This document shows, in pieces, positions 46,532 through 56,896 of a stretch of 64,000 nucleotides of DNA. Made by a program: the position numbers and the translations under genes. The notes below the pieces were generated by a model that was given only the letters and a program-made list of their open reading frames with translations, was not told the origin of the DNA and did not search any database. The stretch's first letter is position 1. Each line of letters starts with the position of its first letter. The DNA is from a virus, in the IMG/VR virus record IMGVR_UViG_3300012665_001507; one strand, 5' to 3'.

Positions 46532-47170
46532 TTATTTGATGTCAATGTCATATGGGGTAATTATAACCCTATAATTATACATCTCGTTATCTGGATTACC
46601 ATAACTCATAGTTTCACAGTCAATTCTTGTAATACAACAACTTTTTAACACAAAACGTTTACACGAAATGTTTTTTGCATCTAATTGTTCAACTACCATG
46701 TCAAATTTACCATATTCTTTGAACATTGAATGAATCAAAGGTAATTTAGGGTTCTTCACAGAATCAACCATTTTTAGTTCTAAGTCACTAGTGTGGAATT
46801 CAATTCTACCCCATTTTTTTGTGACCGACATAATTGGTAATTTAATATCAGTAACTAGATATGGTTCAATTTTAAGTTCTTCTGGAAAAATAACCAAAAA
46901 TCTATGTTTTAATATTGGTTCAAAGTTTTGAGGAACGTTATAAAAATCTTCTTTTTTCCATATACCCAATAATGGGTTTGGTTCACCCGTCAATTCTTCG
47001 TATAATGGATTTGGTTCACCCGTATTAGGGTCAAACAACGGAACATCTTTTTTAATTGCTGGGCGTGGTGGTGGTGGTGCTTGTCTACCTTTACCATCAC
47101 TTTTCTTTACGTTGCTTTTTGTTTTACCTTCTTTTATTGGTGAAGGTTTAATAGGAAACTCTTTTTTCAT
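46532..47170 (-). CDS. Tail-tube-like protein with Pro-rich N-terminus
   Basis: FEPILKHRFLV and C-terminal beta pattern resembling tube proteins. Confidence 0.4.
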   Translation of the reverse strand: MKKEFPIKPSPIKEGKTKSNVKKSDGKGRQAPPPPRPAIKKDVPLFDPNTGEPNPLYEELTGEPNPLLGIWKKEDFYNVPQNFEPILKHRFLVIFPEELKIEPYLVTDIKLPIMSVTKKWGRIEFHTSDLELKMVDSVKNPKLPLIHSMFKEYGKFDMVVEQLDAKNISCKRFVLKSCCITRIDCETMSYGNPDNEMYNYRVIITPYDIDIK

Positions 47171-47172
47171 AA

Positions 47173-47631
47173 TTATAATAATAAAACTAATATTGGAAGA
47201 ACAATAGCACCAACAAAACCTAATGTTTTAAGTCTTTTTTGTTTTCTAATTTCTTTCTTTTGGTCTTCAATTGTGTTATTTAAGATAGCAACTTCTTCAT
47301 CTTTATTCGCTATCATTTTTTCTAAATTAATAACCTGTTGTGCTTGGTTATCGCTTTTTTGTTGCATCGCTTTAATTTGTGATACTTGTAAGTCGATTGT
47401 ATTTTGTTGTAATCCATCTCTTAACATGTAAACATTGACAAGGCTGTCAACAATTTTTTTATCCAATACATCAGCCAATAATTTTTTAGCGTCTTTGATT
47501 TGGAATTGTACTAGTGTATCACCTTGTGCGGTAACCACTGTTGTAACTCTAGGTTTACTCTTCGAGATAGTCTGCGAAAGCGTTGGCAACACCGTTAGCA
47601 GACAAACCATTAACGTAAGTAGGTACTTCAT
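47173..47631 (-). CDS. Membrane-anchored coiled-coil protein (spanin-like)
   Basis: Signal peptide, coiled coil, C-terminal TM. Confidence 0.45.
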   Translation of the reverse strand: MKYLLTLMVCLLTVLPTLSQTISKSKPRVTTVVTAQGDTLVQFQIKDAKKLLADVLDKKIVDSLVNVYMLRDGLQQNTIDLQVSQIKAMQQKSDNQAQQVINLEKMIANKDEEVAILNNTIEDQKKEIRKQKRLKTLGFVGAIVLPILVLLL

Positions 47632-47914
47632 TTCTTTTCTTTTTTAAGTCGTTTAATTGTGATTGTGTTTGAGAAAGTTTTCTATTATTCTCAGTAATTT
47701 GTTTTTCTATACCGACAATAAAAGCATCTAATTTAATGTTTTCAGATTTTAAGCTGTCGTTCTTAGAAGCTAAAGCTTCGTTCTCTTTGTGTAACTCATC
47801 AATTTGTTTTTGATAGTCACTAGGGTCATTTTTTTGATATGCAAAAACAGCAATCACTAAAAGTATCCCTAAAATAATAATAAAAATTGACTTGATGTCT
47901 AATACTTTTTTCAT
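47555..47914 (-). CDS. N-terminal TM coiled-coil protein (i-spanin-like)
   Basis: TM then coiled coil; overlaps the next gene. Confidence 0.45.
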   Translation of the reverse strand: MKKVLDIKSIFIIILGILLVIAVFAYQKNDPSDYQKQIDELHKENEALASKNDSLKSENIKLDAFIVGIEKQITENNRKLSQTQSQLNDLKKKRNEVPTYVNGLSANGVANAFADYLEE

Positions 47915-48402
47915 TAGTTTTCTTTTGGTCTATATTCGTTAGGTAATTTTTTTGACCACTCAAGTCTAAAGTTTTCATAGTATCCTTTTAACTTTTGTAG
48001 CAAAACACTGATATTGTCATTCAGTTCAATATCGTTCATACTAGTTTCAACATCACCAGCAGCTAAAGACATTTTAAAGGTAATACCAGTACCTTCTGAT
48101 TCTTTATACTCCATTACACCATCAATGATTACATTTTCATCTGTTGGGAAAATCTTAAAGCTAGTTATTTTAATTCTAGGGCTAACGGTGTCTCTTAATT
48201 TTTGTAATTCATCATTGAATACCGCATCACCAGCAACTGGTGTAATAACGTCATTAGCCTCATTTGGGTCAACCATATCATCAGTAATTGGTTCTTTGGC
48301 TACTTCTTCTTCTTCATTTTCTTTTAAAAGTGGTTTAAAACCACCTCTCATGATGTCCATCATTCTTTTGGTCATATCATGTTCGTTGATACTTTCTTTC
48401 AT
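47914..48402 (-). CDS. Hypothetical protein
   Basis: ORF track. Confidence 0.6.
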   Translation of the reverse strand: MKESINEHDMTKRMMDIMRGGFKPLLKENEEEEVAKEPITDDMVDPNEANDVITPVAGDAVFNDELQKLRDTVSPRIKITSFKIFPTDENVIIDGVMEYKESEGTGITFKMSLAAGDVETSMNDIELNDNISVLLQKLKGYYENFRLEWSKKLPNEYRPKEN

Positions 48403-49007
48403 ATTTCTTCTAGTTTATTTTTAAATTCACCACAGTCCCATGATGGGTTTAAATCTGTATAATGTTTTTCAATGTTACTCTTATAAATCACACCTTGAAA
48501 ATTTGATAACGATTCGACTTTTGTATTGTGACCGATAGCTTCAAGCGGTATGTAAAATTCATCACATAAATTTTTAACTAGCTCTAAGGCTGAATTAAAT
48601 TGTGCTTGCGTATGCGGTGCCCAATAACGATAGTTTCTCCATCTTTTATCAAAAACTTCATTTGGTTTATTATAAATATCGCCAATCCATGTAATGAACT
48701 GATTTTTTTCCTCATCTTTTATTAACCACCCATCATTCTCTAAAAGTATAACAATTGATTTGGTATCTTGCTCCAATCTACCGAAAAATTTAGAATGATG
48801 TTTAGGTTCAAAATGCTTATAAATAACACCAGCCGCATCTATAGTAAATGCAGCTGTTTTTTTATAATTGCCATTGTGCCTGTTTTGCCAACCAATGAAA
48901 TGTTGCATGTCATGATTGAAGGTACTTGCTAAAACTATTTGAGTTTTGATACACTCTATTGGCACATAATTGTTTTCATTTAAAACATAGTCTTCATTAA
49001 TATTCAT
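48399..49007 (-). CDS. N-acetylmuramoyl-L-alanine amidase-like protein (possibly degenerate)
   Basis: QIVL, AFTID..G.IY, SIVI.LEN, AQ..S..EL, TDLNP layout of Amidase_2; zinc ligands not clearly retained. Confidence 0.5.
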   Translation of the reverse strand: MNINEDYVLNENNYVPIECIKTQIVLASTFNHDMQHFIGWQNRHNGNYKKTAAFTIDAAGVIYKHFEPKHHSKFFGRLEQDTKSIVILLENDGWLIKDEEKNQFITWIGDIYNKPNEVFDKRWRNYRYWAPHTQAQFNSALELVKNLCDEFYIPLEAIGHNTKVESLSNFQGVIYKSNIEKHYTDLNPSWDCGEFKNKLEEI

Positions 49008-50272
49008 TAATCACGTCTAAAAATAACTTTGTTATTGTCACCGTCTTTAACAATTTTGTTTGAACCAATTCGTTCCACCATATTGTTAGATTTTGGTTCT
49101 GGCACTTTAACAGAAAAACCTCTGTTACCTTCTTTGATTTCTTTGATATCTTCTAACTCAATTTTACCCTTGGCGATAACTGGTTCTTTTTTAGGAGTGA
49201 TTTTTTCTTGTTTTACTCCCTCATTTACTCCCTCATTTACTCCCTCATTTGCACCCTCATTTGCAGCATCACTTACAGCATCACTTACAACATCACTTAC
49301 AGCATCATCTTTTAATTCTTCGACAATATTTTTTAATAGTTCTTTTGTCGTATCTTTTTTAGAAGATAATTTAGATGCCGTTTCAGTTACCTTGTTTTTA
49401 AGATGACTCAACCATTTTTTATCTCTAACTCTTTTAGTTTTTGGTGTTTCAACAATATGTACTTCTTCTTCCACGCTATTACCAGTTTCTAACATAAAAA
49501 CCTTATTTGTTATAAGAATCAACGCAACAGCTAATGGGTCAAAGACAAAGATTAATAACAATATCATATAATTAACCACATTGGCCATAGGAACACCTGT
49601 AAGCTCAGATATATACTTCAACGGACCAACTTCACCAGCAACATCACTACTAGCTTTCATTTCTAACCCTTTTACATTATATGCACTAATTGAATCGGAC
49701 AACACAGAATTTTTAGCGTTTAATTCATCAATATCTAAAGTTAATTTTTGAATCTCTGAGTTAGCACTAGCAATATCACCTCTCACGCTATTTCTAGCTC
49801 TATTAGATGTTGAGCCATCTAAACGTGATTCTTGATTTGTTCTAAGGTTAGATAATTGGTCTAAACGTTTTGTTTTAGTATCTATGATTTTTTGATTATC
49901 AGCAACACTTTTTTCAAACACAGCTTTTTTACCATCCAAAACACCTAATTCTCCTTCGTGTATTTCTAACTTATTCGCTGTTTTTTGATATGCATTTGAA
50001 AGGAATCCGTAAATACCAGCTGATGTAATCAACATAAGGACACCAACACTAACCGTTAAGTATATTCTAAGACCTTTGGCTAATTTATGCCAATATGTGT
50101 GTAACGCTGTTGTTGTAACAATCTTACCTAGTTCTAGAATAGATGCCATTATGATAACAGCAGTACTAGCACCCGCAAATAACTGACTAAGACCCCACAC
50201 TGAAAAGTATGCAGCACATCCAGCAACTGATAGGGCCAAAATTAACATTATGTATCTAAGCTTAAATTTCAT
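49007..50272 (-). CDS. Multi-TM coiled-coil membrane protein
   Basis: Three N-terminal TMs, coiled coil, FDPLAV TM; 12-bp repeats encoding VSDA and NEGV. Confidence 0.65.
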   Translation of the reverse strand: MKFKLRYIMLILALSVAGCAAYFSVWGLSQLFAGASTAVIIMASILELGKIVTTTALHTYWHKLAKGLRIYLTVSVGVLMLITSAGIYGFLSNAYQKTANKLEIHEGELGVLDGKKAVFEKSVADNQKIIDTKTKRLDQLSNLRTNQESRLDGSTSNRARNSVRGDIASANSEIQKLTLDIDELNAKNSVLSDSISAYNVKGLEMKASSDVAGEVGPLKYISELTGVPMANVVNYMILLLIFVFDPLAVALILITNKVFMLETGNSVEEEVHIVETPKTKRVRDKKWLSHLKNKVTETASKLSSKKDTTKELLKNIVEELKDDAVSDVVSDAVSDAANEGANEGVNEGVNEGVKQEKITPKKEPVIAKGKIELEDIKEIKEGNRGFSVKVPEPKSNNMVERIGSNKIVKDGDNNKVIFRRD

Positions 50273-50333
50273 ATTTCTTTGTTTTTACTATAAATATCCT
50301 TATGACAAAAAAAGGGTCCTAAAACCCTTTTCT

Positions 50334-51164
50334 TTATTCATTCATTAACATTTGTAAACCTTGTGCGTTATGTCTTAACTTACGGATAGCCTTTTCTTTG
50401 ATTTGACGGATTCTTTCTTTTGTTAACCCATACTTCTCACCAATTGCCTCCAACGTCATTGACTCACATTCTGTATCAATCCCGAAATAACTTTCAATTA
50501 TCATTCGCTCCCTATTATCCAAGATTGCTAATGTTTTAGTTAATTCGTCTTTTATTTTTTCCGTTATTTCTAGTTCATCAACATCGATTGTTTCTCCTGG
50601 AATTAATTCGATTAATTCATCACCATCTTCATTGATTAACTGATTTAAAGAAATTGCTTTAGGAAAACTTAAAGTTGCAGCGATTTGAGTTTCACCTCTT
50701 AAAATCTCACCAAAAACTGGCTCTCTTTCATTATCGTTTTCGAATCTAGAAATCTCTTTATTCATTTTTGTTATCTTGTTGATAACGTTGGCTGGTAATC
50801 TAACAACCCTAGCGTTATCATTTAGACCTTGTATAATGGATTGTTTAATCCACCAAACAGCATATGAGATAAACCTAAAACCTCTGTTGTGGTCAAATCT
50901 ACTCGCTGCTTTAATTAAACCATAATTACCCTCACTAATCAAGTCGCATAACGGTAAACCTTGGTTTTGATATTCTTTTGCAATTGAAACGACAAACTTT
51001 AAATTTGCGTTTACTAATTCTTCGGTGGCTTTAGAGTCACCCTCTTTGATTCTTTTTGCTAAATTAACTTCCTCTTCTGGAGTTAATAATACTGATTTTC
51101 TTACTTCCTTAAAATATTTTGCGATGCTATCATCTGTTTCAAAATTTGTAAATTTTTTGTTCAT
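50334..51164 (-). CDS. Sigma-70 family factor (RpoD/SigA-like, no region 1.1)
   Basis: ANLKFVVSIAK, DLISEGN.GL, RFISYAVWWI, TLEAIG..LTKERIRQI. Confidence 0.93.
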   Translation of the reverse strand: MNKKFTNFETDDSIAKYFKEVRKSVLLTPEEEVNLAKRIKEGDSKATEELVNANLKFVVSIAKEYQNQGLPLCDLISEGNYGLIKAASRFDHNRGFRFISYAVWWIKQSIIQGLNDNARVVRLPANVINKITKMNKEISRFENDNEREPVFGEILRGETQIAATLSFPKAISLNQLINEDGDELIELIPGETIDVDELEITEKIKDELTKTLAILDNRERMIIESYFGIDTECESMTLEAIGEKYGLTKERIRQIKEKAIRKLRHNAQGLQMLMNE

Positions 51165-51252
51165 TAAACTGTTTCATTTTACTCTTCTTTTGTTATGTTT
51201 CAACAATACAAATATACGACAAAAAGCCAATAAAGTCAAGACTTTTCGGCAT

Positions 51253-51786
51253 TTATTTTGCCAATAAAGGCAATATTTTTTTGTCGTAATCAGTCATATT
51301 TTCTAAACCATTATCCATAATTTGGTTTATCAAATCTTCCTTTTCTTTTTTAGTCATTGTCTCAATTTCAGACTCGCTGATTACCACTTCCTCTTTTTTA
51401 ATTTCATTTTCAATAACAGCGTCTTCAATTTCTGCTGTGTTATGAGGATGTGGTTGAGAAACCAATGCTTTTAAAAACTCAATTGTTTTTGTGTCAAGTT
51501 CATTATCGGTAGTTTGTTTAACAAACCCGAACAAACCTTCATGAACCTCTTTTTTGGTAATTAAATAACCAGAGCTCTTTGGGTCCAAATCGAACACCAT
51601 GAAGCTTCTATTGTTTAATGTAAACCATGCTGATATTTCTTTAATATCAACAAAAGAAGTAAACGTACCAATGATTATCCCTTTAGCATCCAATATGTTA
51701 GGTTTAGAATCGCTAATTTTTTCGATTTCTTTAACCGCACCATTGGTGTCTCCCATAATAATCACACAATAATTCTTAAATTTCAT
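51253..51786 (-). CDS. Hypothetical protein
   Basis: ORF track; promoter at 51803. Confidence 0.65.
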   Translation of the reverse strand: MKFKNYCVIIMGDTNGAVKEIEKISDSKPNILDAKGIIIGTFTSFVDIKEISAWFTLNNRSFMVFDLDPKSSGYLITKKEVHEGLFGFVKQTTDNELDTKTIEFLKALVSQPHPHNTAEIEDAVIENEIKKEEVVISESEIETMTKKEKEDLINQIMDNGLENMTDYDKKILPLLAK

Positions 51787-51833
51787 ATATTGTTATTTTA
51801 CACAAAGATACGAATTTTATCTTGTAGTTGCAA

Positions 51834-54203
51834 CTATTTGATAGTTATTTTAGACATATTGTCTTTTTTCACAACAGTAATCATGTTATCACCCCAATCT
51901 TTTACCAAGTCGTTATGGGTAATAAAGAAAACAATTTCGTACATATCTTTTATCTTATCAAAGAGTGTTTTCAGTTTTTCTAAGTTTTCTGGTGCTACTT
52001 TACCTAGAACTTCGTCAAATGTGATAAAGTTTGGCATCGGTAACGTAGATAATTTACCTAACACCGCTCTAAGTGCAAGACTGGCAGCTGTCTTTTCAAA
52101 ACCAGACCCAGACTTTAACAATTTAGAAACCTCATCTTTTACAATCAAAAACTGAACATCATTCTTATCATTCATAAATATCTCGATATCGAAATCTACA
52201 ACGTCTTCTAACAATCTTTGTGCTTCAGAATTGATAATTGGTAGCACTGAACGCAAAACAAGTTTACTAATACCTTTCTTCCCAACCAATTCAATATAGA
52301 TTTTAAAGATTTTATCAATCTCTTCTTCTTTCTTGATGGTCTCAATTAATTTAGTCTTAGTAACAATACTTGTTCTATGTGATTGAATATCTGTCTGTAC
52401 TCTTTGTGTATGTGTAAGAGTTTGTTCTTTTGTATGCTCACAAACAGCCAATTTTGTTTTTATGTTGATGACTTCAATCTCAACTTTTTTGTTAAATTCG
52501 ATGGCATCCAGATTAAGCTGGTATTTTTTAAGGTCGTTTTTCTTAGCTATTACGTCATTTCGTAATGAACCCATTTCAACATCCATTCTATCAACACTTA
52601 ACTCTAATTTGTTTTTGTTATCTACTTGTGTTTTGTTTTCGTTTAAAACTGTCAATTCAGCAGACAACGATTTCAACACCTTATCAATACCCAATACTTC
52701 TTGTCTTAATTTTTCAATATCCAACTCATGTTTAGCAATATGTGCTGAGTTATCAACATCGTCTAATTTTCTATTACACGATTGACAAATACCACCAGCA
52801 ATCAAACCAGAGACAACTTTTTCAAGTCTAGTAACTTCTGCTTCTTTTAACGCTTTGTTTGTTGTGTTTGTATTAAACTCTTTGGTCAAGGCCAAGTGTT
52901 TATCTTCATCAAAATCGGTTTCACCGATTGCAACTATTTTAACTTTTAACCCAGCAACATTCTCTTTAAGTTCAACACCTTTCTCAATTAGTTTAGCAAC
53001 CTCACCTTCCAATTTTTCTGGGTTTAACTCAGAAATAGTCACATCAATCTTTTCCTTGCTGTTGATATAAGCATCTTTGCTATCAGTAAGTGTTTGGATT
53101 TCAGTCTTAGTATCTTCTAACTTTTGTTTTAATTCAACCTCCAACTCTTCACTTAAAATAATTTTATCGTTGTGGTCGTCAATTTCTTCACTTAAAGTAA
53201 TAACATCGTACTCATTAGATTTTTTCTTTCTAGCGAATTCATTATACATTTCCCTAGCAGCTTTTTCTTTAAGTTCTAGAATTTCTAGACCAATAAGTCT
53301 TGTAAGTACTTTTCCAGATTCAGTAGTTGTCAAACCGATAAGGTCATCCAAGTTTTTCTCTGTTGCAAGCACCAACATCTCAAAATCCTTCTCACTGCCT
53401 ATGGTTTCTTTAAGTTTTTTTGTTGTTTGGGTAGCGTCTTCTTCGTTTAGTTCTTCTTCTTCACCATCTGGAAGTATTCGATAATAATTAACCTTGTTGG
53501 TAACTGTCCAACCACCATCTTTTTTTGCCGAACGTCTCATTTTACGCTCAATAATAGTTTCTTCACCTTCAATATCAATCATACCACGTACTACCAACTC
53601 GTTTTTATCACTATATGTGTTAAAAATTTGTTCATTGGTATCTGTTTTGGTTGTATTACCATGTAGTAAAAACTTAATAGCATCAATTGTAAGTGTAGTT
53701 TTACCACCTTGATTAGCTGGAATAGAGTTTACAACTGTTAAACCTTTCATTTTACTGAAAGGAACATAATTACTCTCCCCAAATGATAAGAAATTATCAA
53801 TCATAATCCATTTGATGGACCAACTTCTATGAGCAGCTTGTGTTAAATCAACATTTAATTCACCGTTTACCTTATCATCTAACGCAACGATACGATTAAA
53901 GTCAACATTCTTACTCTCTCTAGTAATTAGTTCCTTCATAAGGGCTCTTTGATAGTTAACATCCATGATGTTTTCTATACCAGCACCTGTAATCTCAATT
54001 GCATCACCACTAGCATTAAATCTAACAGGTCTATAAACAATGGTGATGTTATTTTTTTGAACACCATACTTGCTAGCAATTTGATTCCTAATCTTATTCT
54101 TAGCTTCTTTGCTGTAGTTATGTGGTTGGTCATCCCAATATACCTTAACTTTAGAGTATGGGGATATTAATGTACTATTTGCGGTATCTGTATTATTCGC
54201 CAT
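51834..54203 (-). CDS. SbcC/Rad50 (gp46-like) ATPase
   Basis: NFLSF, NQGGKTT Walker A, CQSC zinc hook, SGFEK signature, FDE Walker B, ITH. Confidence 0.9.
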   Translation of the reverse strand: MANNTDTANSTLISPYSKVKVYWDDQPHNYSKEAKNKIRNQIASKYGVQKNNITIVYRPVRFNASGDAIEITGAGIENIMDVNYQRALMKELITRESKNVDFNRIVALDDKVNGELNVDLTQAAHRSWSIKWIMIDNFLSFGESNYVPFSKMKGLTVVNSIPANQGGKTTLTIDAIKFLLHGNTTKTDTNEQIFNTYSDKNELVVRGMIDIEGEETIIERKMRRSAKKDGGWTVTNKVNYYRILPDGEEEELNEEDATQTTKKLKETIGSEKDFEMLVLATEKNLDDLIGLTTTESGKVLTRLIGLEILELKEKAAREMYNEFARKKKSNEYDVITLSEEIDDHNDKIILSEELEVELKQKLEDTKTEIQTLTDSKDAYINSKEKIDVTISELNPEKLEGEVAKLIEKGVELKENVAGLKVKIVAIGETDFDEDKHLALTKEFNTNTTNKALKEAEVTRLEKVVSGLIAGGICQSCNRKLDDVDNSAHIAKHELDIEKLRQEVLGIDKVLKSLSAELTVLNENKTQVDNKNKLELSVDRMDVEMGSLRNDVIAKKNDLKKYQLNLDAIEFNKKVEIEVINIKTKLAVCEHTKEQTLTHTQRVQTDIQSHRTSIVTKTKLIETIKKEEEIDKIFKIYIELVGKKGISKLVLRSVLPIINSEAQRLLEDVVDFDIEIFMNDKNDVQFLIVKDEVSKLLKSGSGFEKTAASLALRAVLGKLSTLPMPNFITFDEVLGKVAPENLEKLKTLFDKIKDMYEIVFFITHNDLVKDWGDNMITVVKKDNMSKITIK

Positions 54204-54630
54204 AAATGTCGGTTTTCTTTTTCTTTTTTTCTTCTTCTAATTCTTTTTGGACAGCTTTTAACTGGTCACCAAATTTTGCTAATTCTTTTGATGAAGTTAT
54301 ATGACGTTCTTCGTGAGTTTTATTTAACCCTTCCAATCTTTCAATCTCATCAGTTAATTTCTTCGTGTGTGAATCGTCAGTGATATAAACTTCTTTTTCA
54401 ATTGTTACCTCAACAATTTTTTCAACAACCTTTTCCACCTCAACTGGTACTTCGACTACTTTTTCAACAATCTTTTCCACAATCTTCTCAGCAATAGCTG
54501 GTGTTGACCCAAATTTTTCAACGGTAAAACCTTGCTTAACTAGTTTTACTGTAAACTCATCAATATTAGTTATATTGTTAAGCCTACAGTAATCCCAGAT
54601 TTCGTTTTTAAGTTGTTGGGGTAGCTCCAT
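54193..54630 (-). CDS. Hypothetical protein with VEKIVE repeats
   Basis: ORF track. Confidence 0.6.
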   Translation of the reverse strand: MELPQQLKNEIWDYCRLNNITNIDEFTVKLVKQGFTVEKFGSTPAIAEKIVEKIVEKVVEVPVEVEKVVEKIVEVTIEKEVYITDDSHTKKLTDEIERLEGLNKTHEERHITSSKELAKFGDQLKAVQKELEEEKKKKKTDIYGE

Positions 54631-54847
54631 CTAATTTGTCGTTTACGTCTTCTTGTGTTTGGTGGAAGAAACATACTTCTCTACCGTGTTCGTCCACATA
54701 CAATGCTATTATTGGTTTATCTAAGCGATAAACTAAACTGTTCTCATCTTCTGGGTCCAAAAGACCCACTTCACCGTTTACAATGCTATATCCATCCATA
54801 GAATCTGGGATATTAGCAATAAATTCTTTTAATTCTCCTAATGTCAT
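54608..54847 (-). CDS. Hypothetical protein
   Basis: ORF track, coupled. Confidence 0.55.
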   Translation of the reverse strand: MTLGELKEFIANIPDSMDGYSIVNGEVGLLDPEDENSLVYRLDKPIIALYVDEHGREVCFFHQTQEDVNDKLDGATPTT

Positions 54848-55656
54848 AAGTTTGTTATTTGTTCTGTTCCGTTTTCAATATCTTCAATCGATTTGATTTT
54901 GAATTGATAATACGGAAACTTATTGTCAACATCGTGTTCAGTATATGTTTTGGTTGGTATATCCCATAATAAGAACCCATGTTTTGTTATGTTTTCACCA
55001 AAGTTTTGTTGAATCAATGATGATGGATAGGCAATCAAAATACCCTTGTGGTTGAATACTTGTCTTTTGTGGATATCACCTAACATCACAATATCACATC
55101 CTTCGAATATCTCTAATCCAGCACCGTGGTCAATCTCATAACCAATATCTGTTTTAGCGTTAACTACTGGAGCGTGGAATAAACCAATATAAGTTTTATC
55201 ATCACCGAATTGTAATCTAGCCGATTCAATATCTGGTCTCTCGTTTTCTTCAAAAATTGAATAAACACACCAGACAACATCACCATCCAAGTAACATTTA
55301 GATTCTTTGAAGTAATTGATTTCTTGGTCTGGCAAGAACTGAACCATCGGACTAATACTATCCATACGGTCTTTATTGTTTTCTAACAAATCGTGATTAC
55401 CAGCAATCATGATGACTGGTGCGATTTTTTCTAGTTCTCTTAAGAACCAAGTACCAAGCATCAACTGCTCGTTAGAGATAACAATCTTTTGATGAACAAG
55501 GTCACCAGCAATCACTATTCTAATTTCTTCTCGTTTGTATTCAGTTAACAATTCAGTCAAATCACTTATTAGCGTTTTGAACACATCTCTGTATTCATCA
55601 TGCATCCTAAACGTTCTAATGTGAATGTCAGCTAAATGGACTATTTTCTTTACCAT
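54844..55656 (-). CDS. SbcD/Mre11 (gp47-like) nuclease
   Basis: DIH, GDLVH, GNHD, FH, GDIH metallophosphoesterase motifs. Confidence 0.9.
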   Translation of the reverse strand: MVKKIVHLADIHIRTFRMHDEYRDVFKTLISDLTELLTEYKREEIRIVIAGDLVHQKIVISNEQLMLGTWFLRELEKIAPVIMIAGNHDLLENNKDRMDSISPMVQFLPDQEINYFKESKCYLDGDVVWCVYSIFEENERPDIESARLQFGDDKTYIGLFHAPVVNAKTDIGYEIDHGAGLEIFEGCDIVMLGDIHKRQVFNHKGILIAYPSSLIQQNFGENITKHGFLLWDIPTKTYTEHDVDNKFPYYQFKIKSIEDIENGTEQITNL

Positions 55657-55659
55657 TGA

Positions 55660-56442
55660 TTATGCGTTTTTCATTAAGTTATAGTGGTGCATCTCAATAA
55701 GCTTTTTAGCTTCATGTTTAAGATACATTATTTGAATCTTTTCAAAAGTCTTTTTCTCTTTATCCCAATATCCAATACAGATTTGTCTACACTTGCGACC
55801 AGGAAACTCCAACTCGTACATATACGCATACACACTTAACTGAAGAGTATAGATTGACCATTGACATGATTGTAGATGGTCAAATGGTTTAAATAACGTT
55901 TCATAACCATATGGGTTAAAAAAATTAAACTCTCTATTTGTTTTCCAATCCCATACATCAAAATAAACATCGTCTATATCAATGATAAGGTCGGACATAC
56001 CAGCCAATTCGTATTGCTCAGCGAACAATATACGTTCTGGCCACATTGCCATACCCTCATCAATTTTTAGTGCGTTAAATCCATCGATTACGCATTGTTC
56101 AAATTCACCTTCTTCATTGTCTTCTGGGTAATACCATTTGTTTGCCAATAAATAACGTTCAACAATATCGTGTACCTTGGTACCGTAGATATTTGCTTCA
56201 TCATTTAGCATTTGCCAAAAATCAAGTATTTGTTGCTGTGTTAAACCGATATAACGTTCTTGTTTAACATTGTCCAGTTGTTTTGTTATCGCCAAAGAAA
56301 CAGCTTCAGAATCAAAGTGGGGTTCAATAGAACTAAGGGTCGTAGTAACCGACTTGTATGTTTTACCAGTAACCCTATGATGATACTTATGTTCAATGGG
56401 TTCTAAGAAAACTGGGCCTTCCCATAATTTTGCTTTGCTCAT
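55660..56442 (-). CDS. PD-(D/E)xK exonuclease (Cas4/RecB-like)
   Basis: SVTT, GTKVH..E, AGMSD, DWKT, QLSVY; start MSKAK at 56442. Confidence 0.8.
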   Translation of the reverse strand: MSKAKLWEGPVFLEPIEHKYHHRVTGKTYKSVTTTLSSIEPHFDSEAVSLAITKQLDNVKQERYIGLTQQQILDFWQMLNDEANIYGTKVHDIVERYLLANKWYYPEDNEEGEFEQCVIDGFNALKIDEGMAMWPERILFAEQYELAGMSDLIIDIDDVYFDVWDWKTNREFNFFNPYGYETLFKPFDHLQSCQWSIYTLQLSVYAYMYELEFPGRKCRQICIGYWDKEKKTFEKIQIMYLKHEAKKLIEMHHYNLMKNA

Positions 56443-56509
56443 ATTTCTTTTTCTTACAAAGATACGAAATTTTATTCTATGTTGCAAGTATTTATATTAA
56501 AAGAATATA

Positions 56510-56896
56510 ATGAAAGAGTTTATCCAAAAACAGTTTAGAAAATTAATACTGGAATCCGAAAACGAAAAGATTGATACCTCTAAAATCAAAATTAAAAAAC
56601 AAGTGGTAAATAACTTGTTAGTTTTTACACCTTTTTATGATGGTGAAAGAATGGGTGCGTTTAGACTTAGACCATTTGGTAACGACTATAAAATTTTTGG
56701 TGTTGTTCTTAATGATAGATTCAAAGGACAAGGTATTGGTAAAGGAATGTATCGATACATTATCAAAACAATAGGTAAAGAAGGTAAAAAATTATATTCT
56801 GATGATAAACAATCACAAGACGCACAAAATGTGTGGAATAGTTTAGTTAGAAACGGCTTCGCAACACCTACTGATACTGGATACGTATCAATTTAG
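56510..56896 (+). CDS. GNAT-family acetyltransferase with MKEFI..LILE leader
   Basis: FKGQGIGKGMY, A..VW..L; TATTTATA upstream. Confidence 0.7.
   Translation: MKEFIQKQFRKLILESENEKIDTSKIKIKKQVVNNLLVFTPFYDGERMGAFRLRPFGNDYKIFGVVLNDRFKGQGIGKGMYRYIIKTIGKEGKKLYSDDKQSQDAQNVWNSLVRNGFATPTDTGYVSI

Noticed and set aside
49210-49307. 12-bp tandem repeats
   Set aside because: Low-complexity coding repeats (VSDA, NEGV) within a membrane protein
55660-56442. Cas4-like nuclease as evidence of CRISPR-Cas
   Set aside because: Sits in a replication/recombination block with SbcCD and primase; no array or other cas genes
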